From Desulfobacterales bacterium (GTDB lineage Bacteria > Desulfobacterota > Desulfobacteria > Desulfobacterales > UBA5852), in the NCBI GenBank assembly GCA_963674755.2, contig CAXXVS010000001.1:864001-928000 (forward strand): a stretch of 64,000 nt of DNA, written 5' to 3'. A program made the position numbers and the translations under genes. Shown here in pieces: positions 29,030 to 38,915 of the stretch. The first letter of the stretch is position 1. Every line of letters begins with the position of its first letter. Below the pieces are notes generated by a model. That model did not search any database, had not been told where the DNA came from, and saw only the letters and a program-made list of their open reading frames with translations.

Positions 29030-30937
29030 ATGGGACCTAGAACGAAATTCAAAACGGACTACATGATCCTTTCCGGCCTGCTGGTGGCGACCATCTTCTG
29101 GCTGATCGATTCCGTTTTGCATATTTTCTTTTTCAACGAGTTCGATGTCGTTCTGCAGCTCATCGGCCCCAACCAATACAATATCGCCATCCGGTTGATC
29201 GTCCTGTGCCTTTTCATCCTGTTCGGCTCTCACGCCCAGTTCACCATCAACGCCCGCAAGAAAGCCGAGCAGGAATTGATCGACTATAAGAATTCCCTGG
29301 AAGAAGCGGTTCGCCAAGGAACCTGCAAACTCCAGGAGGTGAACGAACAGATGCGCCTGGAGATCGCCGAGCGCAAACGCATGGAAGCGGCCGTGCGGGA
29401 GTCGGAGGAAAAATACCGGCTGTTGGTGGAAAACGCCAACGAAGCCATTTTCATCCTGCAGGATAACCAGCTCAAATTCACCAACCCCAAAGCCGAAGAA
29501 ATCATCACCCGCCTTTCGCTGGATCCGAAGCAAAAGGATCTCACCCAACTGATCCATGCACCAGAGCGCGAGAAAGTGATCGAGTGGTACCGGCGGCGTT
29601 TAAAGGGCATGGAATTGCCCTATTCCTTCATGTTCCGCCTGGAAGGAGACCGGGCGGTATCCATCTGGGTCGAGCTCAATTCGATTCTGATCAAACTGAA
29701 CGGCAAGACGGCCACGCTCAATTTCATGCGGGACGTGACCCTGCAGAAAAAGCTGGAGGAGCAGTTTTACCAGTCCCAGAAGATGGAATCCATCGGCACC
29801 CTGGCCGGCGGCATCGCCCACGATTTCAACAATCTCCTGATGGGCATTCAAGGGAATATCAGCGTCATGCAGTTGGATGTGGACGCCGCCAATCCATTGC
29901 AGGAAAGTATTCAAAGCATCGTTCGTTGCGTCAAAAGCGGCTCGCAGCTCACCAACCAGCTGCTGGCCTTCGCCCGCGGGGGCAAGTACGTCGTCACCCC
30001 CAGCAACCTGAATACCATCGTTCACAAGACCGTTGAAATATTCGCACGGACCAAAAAGGAAATCGATCTCCATCCCGTGTTCGCCAAAGACATCTGGCCG
30101 GTGGAGGTGGATCCCGGTCAGATCGAGCAGGTCCTCATGAACCTTTATGTCAATGCCTGGCAGGCCATGCCGGATGGCGGCGATCTGTACATCGAGTTGG
30201 AAAATGTCCAGCTTGACGAGCATTATGCCCGCCTCAAACCCTTCCATGTGCGCCCGGGCCGTTTCGTCAAACTTTCGGTGACCGATACCGGCGTGGGGAT
30301 GAGTCCGGAGACCCAGAAACGCATCTTCGAACCCTTTTTTTCCACCAAGGAGAAAGGGATGGGCACCGGGCTCGGTCTGGCTTCGGCCTATGGGATTATC
30401 AAGAATCACAATGGGTTTATCAATTGCTACAGCGAACTCGGTCAGGGCACGACCTTCAATGTCTATTTCCCGGTTTGTGAAACCCCATATTCCTCCGAGG
30501 AAAGTGCCGGGGAGAATGAACTGGTGGAAGGGGTGCCGCGGGGGGACGAAGTCATTTTATTTGTGGATGACGACGAAGAGATCATCAGCGTGGGGCGTAA
30601 AATTCTGGCCAGCCTGGGCTATACGGTTTTCGTGGCCGACGGCGGACAGGCGGCCATCGATCTTTTTCTCGACCAGAGCAAGCCGATCGATCTGGTGATC
30701 CTCGACTATGTCATGCCGGGCATGGGCGGGCGCGAGGTCTTCGATGCCTTGAAGCAGATTCAACCGGATGTCAAAGTGCTGCTCTCCAGCGGGTACAGCA
30801 GTACGGATCAGGTAGCGGCCCTGATCGATAAAGGCTGCCGGGGGTTCATTCAAAAGCCCTACGATACCGTCAAAATGTCCCGTATCATCCGCACCATCCT
30901 GGATGCGGCGCCGACGGAGGATGCCCGGGAGAATTGA
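29030..30937 (+). CDS. Hybrid PAS sensor histidine kinase/response regulator
   Basis: GGIAHDFNNLL H-box, G-boxes DTGVGM and GTGLGL, C-terminal receiver domain. Confidence 0.95.
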   Translation: MGPRTKFKTDYMILSGLLVATIFWLIDSVLHIFFFNEFDVVLQLIGPNQYNIAIRLIVLCLFILFGSHAQFTINARKKAEQELIDYKNSLEEAVRQGTCKLQEVNEQMRLEIAERKRMEAAVRESEEKYRLLVENANEAIFILQDNQLKFTNPKAEEIITRLSLDPKQKDLTQLIHAPEREKVIEWYRRRLKGMELPYSFMFRLEGDRAVSIWVELNSILIKLNGKTATLNFMRDVTLQKKLEEQFYQSQKMESIGTLAGGIAHDFNNLLMGIQGNISVMQLDVDAANPLQESIQSIVRCVKSGSQLTNQLLAFARGGKYVVTPSNLNTIVHKTVEIFARTKKEIDLHPVFAKDIWPVEVDPGQIEQVLMNLYVNAWQAMPDGGDLYIELENVQLDEHYARLKPFHVRPGRFVKLSVTDTGVGMSPETQKRIFEPFFSTKEKGMGTGLGLASAYGIIKNHNGFINCYSELGQGTTFNVYFPVCETPYSSEESAGENELVEGVPRGDEVILFVDDDEEIISVGRKILASLGYTVFVADGGQAAIDLFLDQSKPIDLVILDYVMPGMGGREVFDALKQIQPDVKVLLSSGYSSTDQVAALIDKGCRGFIQKPYDTVKMSRIIRTILDAAPTEDAREN

Positions 30938-31414
30938 AAGGGCGGCTTGATTCAATGCAGTTTGACGCCTGAATCCACTGCTATTAGTTCTGATCCAAAC
31001 CTTACACCGCTGGTGGAGGATGCGGAGAGGATCTGCCGATCCAGCGTGCCGTTACATAAGTTGGCTTCTTCATTTTCTTTCGCGTGAAAGAAAACGGAAG
31101 CAATCACGCCTCGGCGTGACAGGCTTCAAACGCCCGTGTTCCGCTTCCCCTGCGCGTCGTCGACACGGCCGGAGCACGCGGAAACTCGCTTCGCTCAGAC
31201 CCGCCTGCGGCAAGCCTTCGGCGGGCAAGCAGTCCGTGCGCTTTTATCCGGCCGCATCGCCGATGCCCGGCGCGGGACAAAGGGAAATTCAAAACCTAAA
31301 CCTTCAAAAAAACTGTTTTCAAGCTACCTTTGAGAGGGCTTCCTGAGATTTTCCGTTTGTCGGAAGGAGCCTCAATACTAAAATTGGAAGCACCTTGGGT
31401 CAACTTGAGCCATT

Positions 31415-32053
31415 ATGAGAATTTACGCTGCCGCCGATCTCCACGGCAGACACCGGAATTTCAAGATTGTCAGGGAGGGGCTCAGAGAGAGCCGGGCCGA
31501 TGCCGTCGTGCTAGCCGGCGACCTCTTGAACTATGGCCGCGGACGTCCTTTCCTGCGGATGCTGGAGGGTCTGCCGGTGCCAGTCTTCTTGGTGCGCGGC
31601 AACAGCGATCCATCGTGCCTGGACCGTTGGGCCGCGGCCAGCCGGAATGTGTGCTCTCTGCATCTCAATGCGGTGCCCATCAACGGGCTCGAGTTGGTGG
31701 GGATCAGCGGGACCTTGCCCATCCCCTTTAATTCACGTGCGGGGTGGCGCGAAGCACAAGGCCTGAAGCGGCTGGCCGCCTTGATGCAACCCCGTTCTAT
31801 CCTGGTGGCCCATCCGCCCCCGCACGGGTGCTGTGATCATGTCCTGGGGCGGTTTTCGGCCGGCAGTCGCGGACTGGCCCGTCTGGTGCGTGCAAGCAAG
31901 CCCGCGGTGATGCTTTGCGGTCACATCCATGAATCTGCCGGTGTCGCTTATCTGGGCGATACCCTGGTGGTCAATTGTGCCCTGGGAGGTCATCGCCGCG
32001 GGGCGCTGGTCGTGATGGAGACCGGCCGACCGCCATCCGCCGAGATGCTTTAG
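31415..32053 (+). CDS. Metallophosphoesterase
   Basis: DLHG, GD, GNSD, HPPP and GHIHE motifs. Confidence 0.9.
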   Translation: MRIYAAADLHGRHRNFKIVREGLRESRADAVVLAGDLLNYGRGRPFLRMLEGLPVPVFLVRGNSDPSCLDRWAAASRNVCSLHLNAVPINGLELVGISGTLPIPFNSRAGWREAQGLKRLAALMQPRSILVAHPPPHGCCDHVLGRFSAGSRGLARLVRASKPAVMLCGHIHESAGVAYLGDTLVVNCALGGHRRGALVVMETGRPPSAEML

Positions 32054-32405
32054 CCGCGCTGCTTGGCAGGCACCGGCTGGCTGATATCCCACCCAGCGGC
32101 CGCTATCTGCTGATAATTTCCCCAAGCCGCTTTTTCCACGCCACGCTTTCCGACTTTCGCGCTACTGTCAACCTCCGGTTAACCGGTGGGGCCAGACCCG
32201 AGGAAGAGGGCAAAAGGCTTGCATTCACCAACCAGGTATGAAAAAGTTGCGCGCGCTGCCATGGCCGGGCTTTGCGCGGCACGCCGCAAGGCCTTACCAT
32301 CATGATGTGGTGCGGCCTTCGGGCCTCCCCGGCAATGCCACCGGGCGCCCGCTCGACTTCAACCGAAAACCCGCTTGACGTGATGACAACTGCGACGGAT
32401 AGCTT

Positions 32406-33113
32406 ATGACGGTTACACCTCCCGACACCACTTCACCCCTTGTGCGCCTGCGGGAAAGCATGGCCTTTTTCCGGGTTTACGGACGGGATCTCCTGCGTTT
32501 TTTTATGCTTCTCTACCTGCCGGTGGTGATCCTCTCTTTTGTGCTGCCCCCTGACAGCAGCCAAGGAAGCGGCACAGGCTTTCCCACTGTGGCCTTTATC
32601 CTGAACTTTTTCTACCAGCCCATCTATACGGGAGCCCTAATTTATCAACTGGCGCGGATCGAGACCGGACAGCCCTGTACGGTGCGGGAGGGGTTTATTG
32701 TCGGTGTGCGCTTGTGGGACAAGCTGCTGCTGGTCAATCTGGTAAGCCTGGCATTGACCCTGACAGGGTTGATGGCCTTTATTCTTCCGGGGTTGATCGC
32801 CTATGCACGGCTGTCCCTGGCCGAGTTCCGGGTGGTTTTGGCCGGGGATACCCCGGTCGACGCCTTGCGGAACAGTTTTAAGATGACCCGGCCCTACACG
32901 CTGCCGATTATTGCCTGCACCGCCGTATTATTCGGTATTTTTCTGGGGTCGCAGCTTGCGATCGAGTGGCTGGCCAACGCCATGGCAATGCCGCTTTTGT
33001 TGCCGGACGTCCTCAATATCCTGCTGTCGGCGGTCCTGATGGTGTTTCTGACCATTCTTCTCTTCCGGTTCTACGGATTGGCCGGCCAGGCCGACAATTC
33101 ATCAGCGGAGTGA
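32406..33113 (+). CDS. Integral membrane protein (YciC-like)
   Basis: Multiple TM segments; ILPGLI...DALRNSFKMT pattern. Confidence 0.7.
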   Translation: MTVTPPDTTSPLVRLRESMAFFRVYGRDLLRFFMLLYLPVVILSFVLPPDSSQGSGTGFPTVAFILNFFYQPIYTGALIYQLARIETGQPCTVREGFIVGVRLWDKLLLVNLVSLALTLTGLMAFILPGLIAYARLSLAEFRVVLAGDTPVDALRNSFKMTRPYTLPIIACTAVLFGIFLGSQLAIEWLANAMAMPLLLPDVLNILLSAVLMVFLTILLFRFYGLAGQADNSSAE

Positions 33114-33252
33114 GCCGTGATGACCGTGCCGCTACGAATCGTTGTGTGGTTTTCCCCGGTTATGGTCCGCCACGACGGTCTGGTGGCGACGGCTGACTTC
33201 CCCATGACGCCGGACCGCTATACACGCTCCTTACGGCTTATAGAGAGATAAT

Positions 33253-34053
33253 GTGAAACGGCTGCGCCATCGCTTGCATGAGATTATCTTCGAGGCGGAT
33301 ACCGCGGCCGGCAAGTGGTTTGACATCCTTCTGATCGCCAGTATCATCGTCAGTGTGCTCCTGGTCATGCTGGACAGCGTCACCGGTATCCGAAAGGTCT
33401 ACGGCCTGTGGCTCAACAGCGGTGAATGGTTCTTTACGCTCCTGTTTACCGGGGAATACCTGCTGCGCCTGTTTTGCGTGCAGCGTCCCCTGCTGTATGC
33501 CCGCAGCTTTTTCGGAATCGTGGATCTCCTGGCCATTTTGCCGACCTATCTCAGTGTCATCTTGCCGGGAGGGCACTATTTCATTGTGATCCGGGTGCTG
33601 CGGCTGCTGCGGGTTTTCCGGGTCTTCAAGCTGGTGCAGTTTTTAAGCGAAGCCCGGTTGCTGCTCGGTGCCCTCAGGGCATCCATCCGCAAGATTGCCG
33701 TGTTTTTGTGTGCGGTGCTCACCCTGGTCATGATATTCGGTGCCCTGATGTACGTTGTCGAGGGGGCGGCCAACGGCTTCACGAGTATCCCCCGCAGTAT
33801 TTACTGGGCTATCGTTACCATGACGACCGTGGGTTACGGGGATATCTCGCCCCAGACGGATCTCGGTCAGGCCCTGGCGGCGTTTATCATGATCATCGGC
33901 TATGGGATTATCGCCGTGCCGACCGGGATCGTAACGGTGGAGCTTTCCCGCGCTGCGCACCGGAGCGTGTCTACCCAGGCCTGTCCCGGGTGCGGCCGGG
34001 AAGGGCATGACACGGATGCCATTTTCTGCAAATACTGCGGGGCGTCCCTTTAG
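33253..34053 (+). CDS. Voltage-gated potassium channel (Ion_trans)
   Basis: S4 RVLRLLRVFRVFK; selectivity filter TTVGYGD; C-terminal zinc ribbon. Confidence 0.93.
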   Translation: MKRLRHRLHEIIFEADTAAGKWFDILLIASIIVSVLLVMLDSVTGIRKVYGLWLNSGEWFFTLLFTGEYLLRLFCVQRPLLYARSFFGIVDLLAILPTYLSVILPGGHYFIVIRVLRLLRVFRVFKLVQFLSEARLLLGALRASIRKIAVFLCAVLTLVMIFGALMYVVEGAANGFTSIPRSIYWAIVTMTTVGYGDISPQTDLGQALAAFIMIIGYGIIAVPTGIVTVELSRAAHRSVSTQACPGCGREGHDTDAIFCKYCGASL

Positions 34054-34120
34054 CTGGTTGCGGTATGGCACGCTCGGCGTTTTTTAGAGCGCTGTATCCG
34101 GATTCGATGGTATCGGCGCC

Positions 34121-34798
34121 CTAAACCGGGAGCTTGTGTATCGCGAAGGGCTGGCCATGGGCCGGATAAATCCGTGTTACGCCCATGGCGCCAAGGACGC
34201 ACCAGCTTTTGCGAATGGTGTCCAGGCTGTCGCCGAAAGGGGGATAAAACGGGCCGCGGCCGCCCGGCAGATAGTTGACCGCCAGGTCCCCCACGAAAGC
34301 CAGGCCGGAAGCCGTGACAACAGAGAGGGAGCCCGGTGTATGCCCGGGGGTGGGCAGGACGCGGGCATCGAAGCCATAGGGGCTCAGATCCAGTGGCCCC
34401 TCGATGATCTGGTCAGGGACGACCGGGTCGAAGCGCAACAGGCCCTGGGCCAGGCGGGGATGCCGTCTGGCCAACGCTATCAGAGCGCGGGGCAGGGGTC
34501 GGGTACCGGGCGGCAGCGCCATGCGTCCCCGGGCGAGGTAGGTGGCTTCCGCCCGATGGACCAGCACCGGACAGGCGCAGTGGCTGCGGATGGCCTTCAG
34601 ACTGCCCACGTGGTCATAGTGCACGTGGGTGACGAGGATCAGGCGGATTTGCCGGGGGGCGATGCCGTGACGTGACAAGGCGCGCCGAAAAACCGGGGTT
34701 TTGCCGCGGAGGCCGGCGTCGATCAACAGGTAGCCCGCTGGGCCGGGGATAAGATAAACACAGGTGATGCCCAGCCGGATCAAGATGGGATTACCCAT
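34121..34798 (-). CDS. MBL-fold metallo-hydrolase
   Basis: THVHYDH, PGHTPG, GD and PAHG motifs. Confidence 0.9.
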   Translation of the reverse strand: MGNPILIRLGITCVYLIPGPAGYLLIDAGLRGKTPVFRRALSRHGIAPRQIRLILVTHVHYDHVGSLKAIRSHCACPVLVHRAEATYLARGRMALPPGTRPLPRALIALARRHPRLAQGLLRFDPVVPDQIIEGPLDLSPYGFDARVLPTPGHTPGSLSVVTASGLAFVGDLAVNYLPGGRGPFYPPFGDSLDTIRKSWCVLGAMGVTRIYPAHGQPFAIHKLPV

Positions 34799-34863
34799 AG
34801 CGGTCCCCTTTATGGTGTCATTTTATGTTCAAGTTTTAGCCAAGATAACCGGGAGCTGATCGC

Positions 34864-35169
34864 ATGTCATTTGTGCCGGAAGAAAACCCCATGGTCTGGG
34901 TGGTCGTGCAAACCCTGGAGGGTGCCGAGCAGTATATCGGCCAACACATCCCTGACCAGGATATTATGTTCATCCCTTTTTTTCAGGAAAAAGAAGACGC
35001 CCAGTACGGGCTGAGCCTCATGCCGCGTCAAAAGGGCAGCCGCTATGAAATTCAGGCCATCCGTTTCCGTGAACTGGCCCGGGATGCGGCCCAACAGGGT
35101 TTTCTCCTTTTTGGCATCAATGGGGAAGGCCAAATCCTGGACAAGATAGATCCCCATACAGTGGCCTGA
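34864..35169 (+). CDS. Hypothetical protein
   Basis: GGGAG ribosome-binding site, natural composition, fills the intergenic gap. Confidence 0.7.
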   Translation: MSFVPEENPMVWVVVQTLEGAEQYIGQHIPDQDIMFIPFFQEKEDAQYGLSLMPRQKGSRYEIQAIRFRELARDAAQQGFLLFGINGEGQILDKIDPHTVA

Positions 35170-35205
35170 GACGCGGCCGGGCCCTTTCCGTGGAGCGGGA
35201 TATAG

Positions 35206-35366
35206 GTGGCCCTATTCACAAATACGCTGACATTCAGCCGTCAATTCATCCTGCCGTACGGTGTTGCGTGAACACAGCCTATTACGGATAGGCCTTAGTT
35301 CGCGCGCCTTGTCCGCCAGGCGACTTGACGACTTCATTACGTCACCCTATTTACGAACAGGACCAC
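35206..35366 (+). repeat. Palindromic element related to family A
   Basis: Imperfect termini GTGGCCCTATTCACAAATA/TATTTACGAACAGGACCAC; internal GGTGTTGCG...CGCGCCTTG. Confidence 0.6.
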
Positions 35367-36031
35367 TAACCCATCCCCAGCGTGATGAGTTCCACGGTTG
35401 CCTGCCGCCGGTCCCAGACCAGACACAGGCCGTCGGCCAGGGCGCCGCAGGTGATTACCGCTGCCTGGCGGGCGGCCAGGGGGACGGGGCGCCCTTTCGC
35501 CATTGATCGCCGGACAAGGGAAGCCTCCCTTAGCTGCACGATTTCCGGTTGATGACGGTGGCCCCGGAAAAGCAGTGTCTCCGGGTACCGTGCGAAAAAG
35601 CGCCGCAGCTGATCAACATCCATATCTTCGAACAAACAGCGCACGCCCAAGGCCTCCTCAAAAGGCAGGGAATGAACCAGCAGGGCCGATCCGATCCGGC
35701 GTCCGAAGGGCATGGCACGCATGACGTCTGCGGCTTGGCGGCCGAGCCCGGCGGAGCGGTTGAGCAGCAGGGTGTGTTCGTTATTGCCGCGAACGGCTTT
35801 GATCTGCCCGGCGTCCAACGCCTGCAGGCAGGCCTCGACGGTGTCGGGGCGGGTGGTGTCGACGGCGTCCCCGAGGTGGATGCACATGGCACATCCCCGG
35901 GATCGCAGGACGGCGGCCGCGCTTGCGATCAGAGCGGCATCGCCATGGCTGTCGGCCATAAGACCGATTCGCTCCGGGGCTTCCGATTCGGATACCCAGG
36001 GACGGGCCATTCGGGCGGCGTCAGAGAGCAA
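35366..36031 (-). CDS. Metallophosphoesterase (YfcE-like); start uncertain
   Basis: DSHGD, HLGD, GNNE and GHRH motifs. Confidence 0.85.
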   Translation of the reverse strand: MLSDAARMARPWVSESEAPERIGLMADSHGDAALIASAAAVLRSRGCAMCIHLGDAVDTTRPDTVEACLQALDAGQIKAVRGNNEHTLLLNRSAGLGRQAADVMRAMPFGRRIGSALLVHSLPFEEALGVRCLFEDMDVDQLRRFFARYPETLLFRGHRHQPEIVQLREASLVRRSMAKGRPVPLAARQAAVITCGALADGLCLVWDRRQATVELITLGMG

Positions 36032-36058
36032 TAGGACTTTTCCCCCGGCCTAAATCTT

Positions 36059-36200
36059 GACGGTTTCGTAAAACGCTCAATCCACCTTTGGCGGACAAGT
36101 ATCGGCGTTGTGCGGCGGTCTTCGTCACTGCGGCGAACTGGCGTACGCCTTACGCCTCAGGACTTGCACGCCTTGATCTTGAACGGTTTACGAAACCGTC
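36059..36200 (+). repeat. Family A element
   Basis: Perfect 14-bp termini GACGGTTTCGTAAA/TTTACGAAACCGTC plus conserved core. Confidence 0.85.
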
Positions 36201-36224
36201 TGAAGGTTGACGCTTTAGGAGCCA

Positions 36225-37799
36225 TCAAATCTTGAAGCTTTCCGTCATGCCGGCATATCGCTTGCGCAGTTCGGGTTTTTCGATTTTGCCGGTGGGGTTG
36301 CGGGGGACCTCCCCGAAGATGATCCGCCGCGGCCGCTTGTAGCGCGGCAGGGCCTGGCAAAAGGCGTCGATTTCCTGGACGCTCAGTTCCTGCTGCGGTT
36401 TGACCTTGACGATGGCGGTGGCGATTTCTCCCAGCCGCAGACTGGGCAGGCCGATCACGGCCACGTCCTGGATCTTGGGATGGCTCTGCAGAAAGTCTTC
36501 GATTTCCACCGGGAAGATGTTTTCCCCGCCGGTGATGATCACGTCTTTTTTGCGGTCCACCAGCCAGATAAAACCGTCTTCGTCTTCCCGGGCGATATCC
36601 CCGGTCATCAGCCAGCCGTCCCTAAGCGTCTCTTGAGTGGCTTCAGGGTTTTTGTAGTATTCGCGCATGACGCCCGGTCCCTTGATGATGAGTTCGCCCG
36701 GGGTTCCGGGAACCACGGCCGCCATCTGGTTGTCGACAATGCGGTATTCCCAGTCAAAACCGGGGCGGCCGATGGCGCCCACCTTGTGGCTGTTTTCGAT
36801 GCCCAGATGCACGCAGCCGGGACCGGTGGATTCGGTCAGGCCGTAGTTGGTGTCGTACTGGTGGTGGGGGAAGCATTTCTGCCATTCCCGCACCAGGCTG
36901 GGGGGCACGGGCTGGGCGCCGATGTGCATCAGCCGCCACTGGTCCAGCTTGAAAGCCTTGAGTTTCAACTCGCCGCTTTCGATGGCAAACAGCACGTCCA
37001 ACGCCCAGGGCACCAGCAGCCAGACGATGGTCACCTGCTCCTCGGAAACAGCCTCCAAAATCCAGCGCGGCTCGATGCCTTTCAGAATGACCGCCCGGGC
37101 GCCCACGATAAAATTGCCGAACCAGTGCATCTTGGCGCCGGTATGATAGAGGGGTGGAATGCACAGGAAGTTGTCGTCGTGGGTCTGCTGGTGGTGGCGG
37201 TTTTCGATATAACAGGCGAATTCCAGGTTGCGATGGGTCAGCAGGGTGGCTTTGGGGGTGCCGGTGGTGCCGGAGGTGAAATAGAGAGCGGCCTCGTCTT
37301 CCAGCGCCAGGGGGACATCAGGTGCTGCCGATTGAGCCGAGGACAGGAAGGCCTCGAAATGCTCGGCATATGCGGGGGTTTTTTCTTCGGGACCCACGAA
37401 AATATAGAAGCGCACCGAGCGGTCCAGATCGGCCTTGATCGCATCGATGCGCTCGATGAATTCTTCCCCGAAGATGACGGCCCGGGCTTCGGCGGTGGCG
37501 GCGCAGCGCAGGATGGTTCGGGCCACGAAACGAAAATTGAGGGGCACCGCCCAGGCGCCCGTGCGCAGGATACCAAAATAAATGGGCAGCCATTCGATGC
37601 AGTTCATCATCAGGTGCACCACCCGATGGCCCTTGGCGATGCCCCGGGCCATCAGGGCCTGGGCCACCCGGTTGGCCTGGTCGTCGAAGGTCGACCAGGT
37701 GATGGCCGTGCGTTTATTGGCAGCCGGGGCCCGTTCGATCAGGGCCGTCTCATTGCCGTACATGCGGGCGTTGCGGGCTAAAATTTCGGTAATAATCAT
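36225..37799 (-). CDS. Acyl-CoA synthetase / AMP-dependent ligase
   Basis: YFTSGTTGTPK, YGLTE, TGD and PTGKI motifs. Confidence 0.93.
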   Translation of the reverse strand: MIITEILARNARMYGNETALIERAPAANKRTAITWSTFDDQANRVAQALMARGIAKGHRVVHLMMNCIEWLPIYFGILRTGAWAVPLNFRFVARTILRCAATAEARAVIFGEEFIERIDAIKADLDRSVRFYIFVGPEEKTPAYAEHFEAFLSSAQSAAPDVPLALEDEAALYFTSGTTGTPKATLLTHRNLEFACYIENRHHQQTHDDNFLCIPPLYHTGAKMHWFGNFIVGARAVILKGIEPRWILEAVSEEQVTIVWLLVPWALDVLFAIESGELKLKAFKLDQWRLMHIGAQPVPPSLVREWQKCFPHHQYDTNYGLTESTGPGCVHLGIENSHKVGAIGRPGFDWEYRIVDNQMAAVVPGTPGELIIKGPGVMREYYKNPEATQETLRDGWLMTGDIAREDEDGFIWLVDRKKDVIITGGENIFPVEIEDFLQSHPKIQDVAVIGLPSLRLGEIATAIVKVKPQQELSVQEIDAFCQALPRYKRPRRIIFGEVPRNPTGKIEKPELRKRYAGMTESFKI

Positions 37800-38074
37800 G
37801 GCGTCGGCTTTCTGTCAGATGCGGTGTTTGGCGGTCATTTGAGACGCACCGTTGCATACCAGAGAGCAGCGGCGGCGGTCAACCGGATCGCGCCTGCTCC
37901 AAAAACTACTTGACGGGCCGGCCAAAATCCGCCGATGGGTTGGTTGCCGAAAGCTGAGCCGGGCAGCGAGGCCGCGTTTCTGCGTGGCGCGCCCCAGCCC
38001 TTGACAGGAGGGTGGCCTCCGCCTAAGAAGCGAGACGGAAGCCCCATTCTGACCGCAACACCAGAGGAAGACCG

Positions 38075-38866
38075 ATGCAGCCCATTCACAATTTTCCGCC
38101 AGCCCTGCGATCCGCCATCCGGTATGTGCTCTGCGATATCGACGATACCCTCACCGCTGAGGGCCGCCTTCCGGCCGCCGCTTACGCCGCCCTGGAACGT
38201 CTGGACGCCGCCGGGATTCCGGTGATCCCCATCACGGGTCGCCCGGCCGGCTGGTGCGACCACATGGCGCGCATGTGGCCCATTGCCGGGCTGGTGGGGG
38301 AAAACGGGGCTTTTTATTTCCGCTACGACGCCCACCAGCACCGCATGGTGCGTCGTTATTGGAAGACGGATGGGGAGCGGCGTGAAGACCGGGCCCGTCT
38401 GCAGCAGATCGAAAAGACGATTCTGGCGCGTGTGCCCGGATCCCGGGTGTCGGCCGACCAGGCCTACCGCGAAGCGGATCTGGCCATCGACTTCTGCGAA
38501 GATGTGCCGCCCCTGCCCATGGCCGAGGTGGAAAAGATCGTGGCCTGTTTCGAGCAGGCCGGGGCCCGGGCCAAGATCAGCTCCATCCATGTCAACGGCT
38601 GGTTCGGGGATTATGACAAACTGGCCATGACACGGCTTTTTTTTCGCGAACAGCTGGACTGCGACCTGGAAGCGGTGCGCGACCGGGTGGTGTTCGCGGG
38701 CGATTCGCCCAACGATGAGCCCATGTTCGCCTTTTTCCCCAACGGGGTGGGGGTGGCCAATGTGCGGCGGTTTACAGACCGTATGGTCCATCCGCCGGCC
38801 TGGGTCACGGAACAGGAAGGCGGCTTCGGGTTTGCCGAGCTGGTGGCCGTGCTGCTGGATCGCTGA
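38075..38866 (+). CDS. HAD-IIB family hydrolase
   Basis: DIDDT, TGR and GDSPND motifs. Confidence 0.9.
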   Translation: MQPIHNFPPALRSAIRYVLCDIDDTLTAEGRLPAAAYAALERLDAAGIPVIPITGRPAGWCDHMARMWPIAGLVGENGAFYFRYDAHQHRMVRRYWKTDGERREDRARLQQIEKTILARVPGSRVSADQAYREADLAIDFCEDVPPLPMAEVEKIVACFEQAGARAKISSIHVNGWFGDYDKLAMTRLFFREQLDCDLEAVRDRVVFAGDSPNDEPMFAFFPNGVGVANVRRFTDRMVHPPAWVTEQEGGFGFAELVAVLLDR

Positions 38867-38915
38867 TGACGAGAGCGTAAGCGAACGGCAGGCAGGGGGA
38901 CAACGCATCCCGCCG

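Noticed and set aside
37800..38074. Riboswitch/ncRNA in the divergent spacer (also 32054-32405)
   Set aside because: GC-rich, but I could not recognise a consensus or repeated motif
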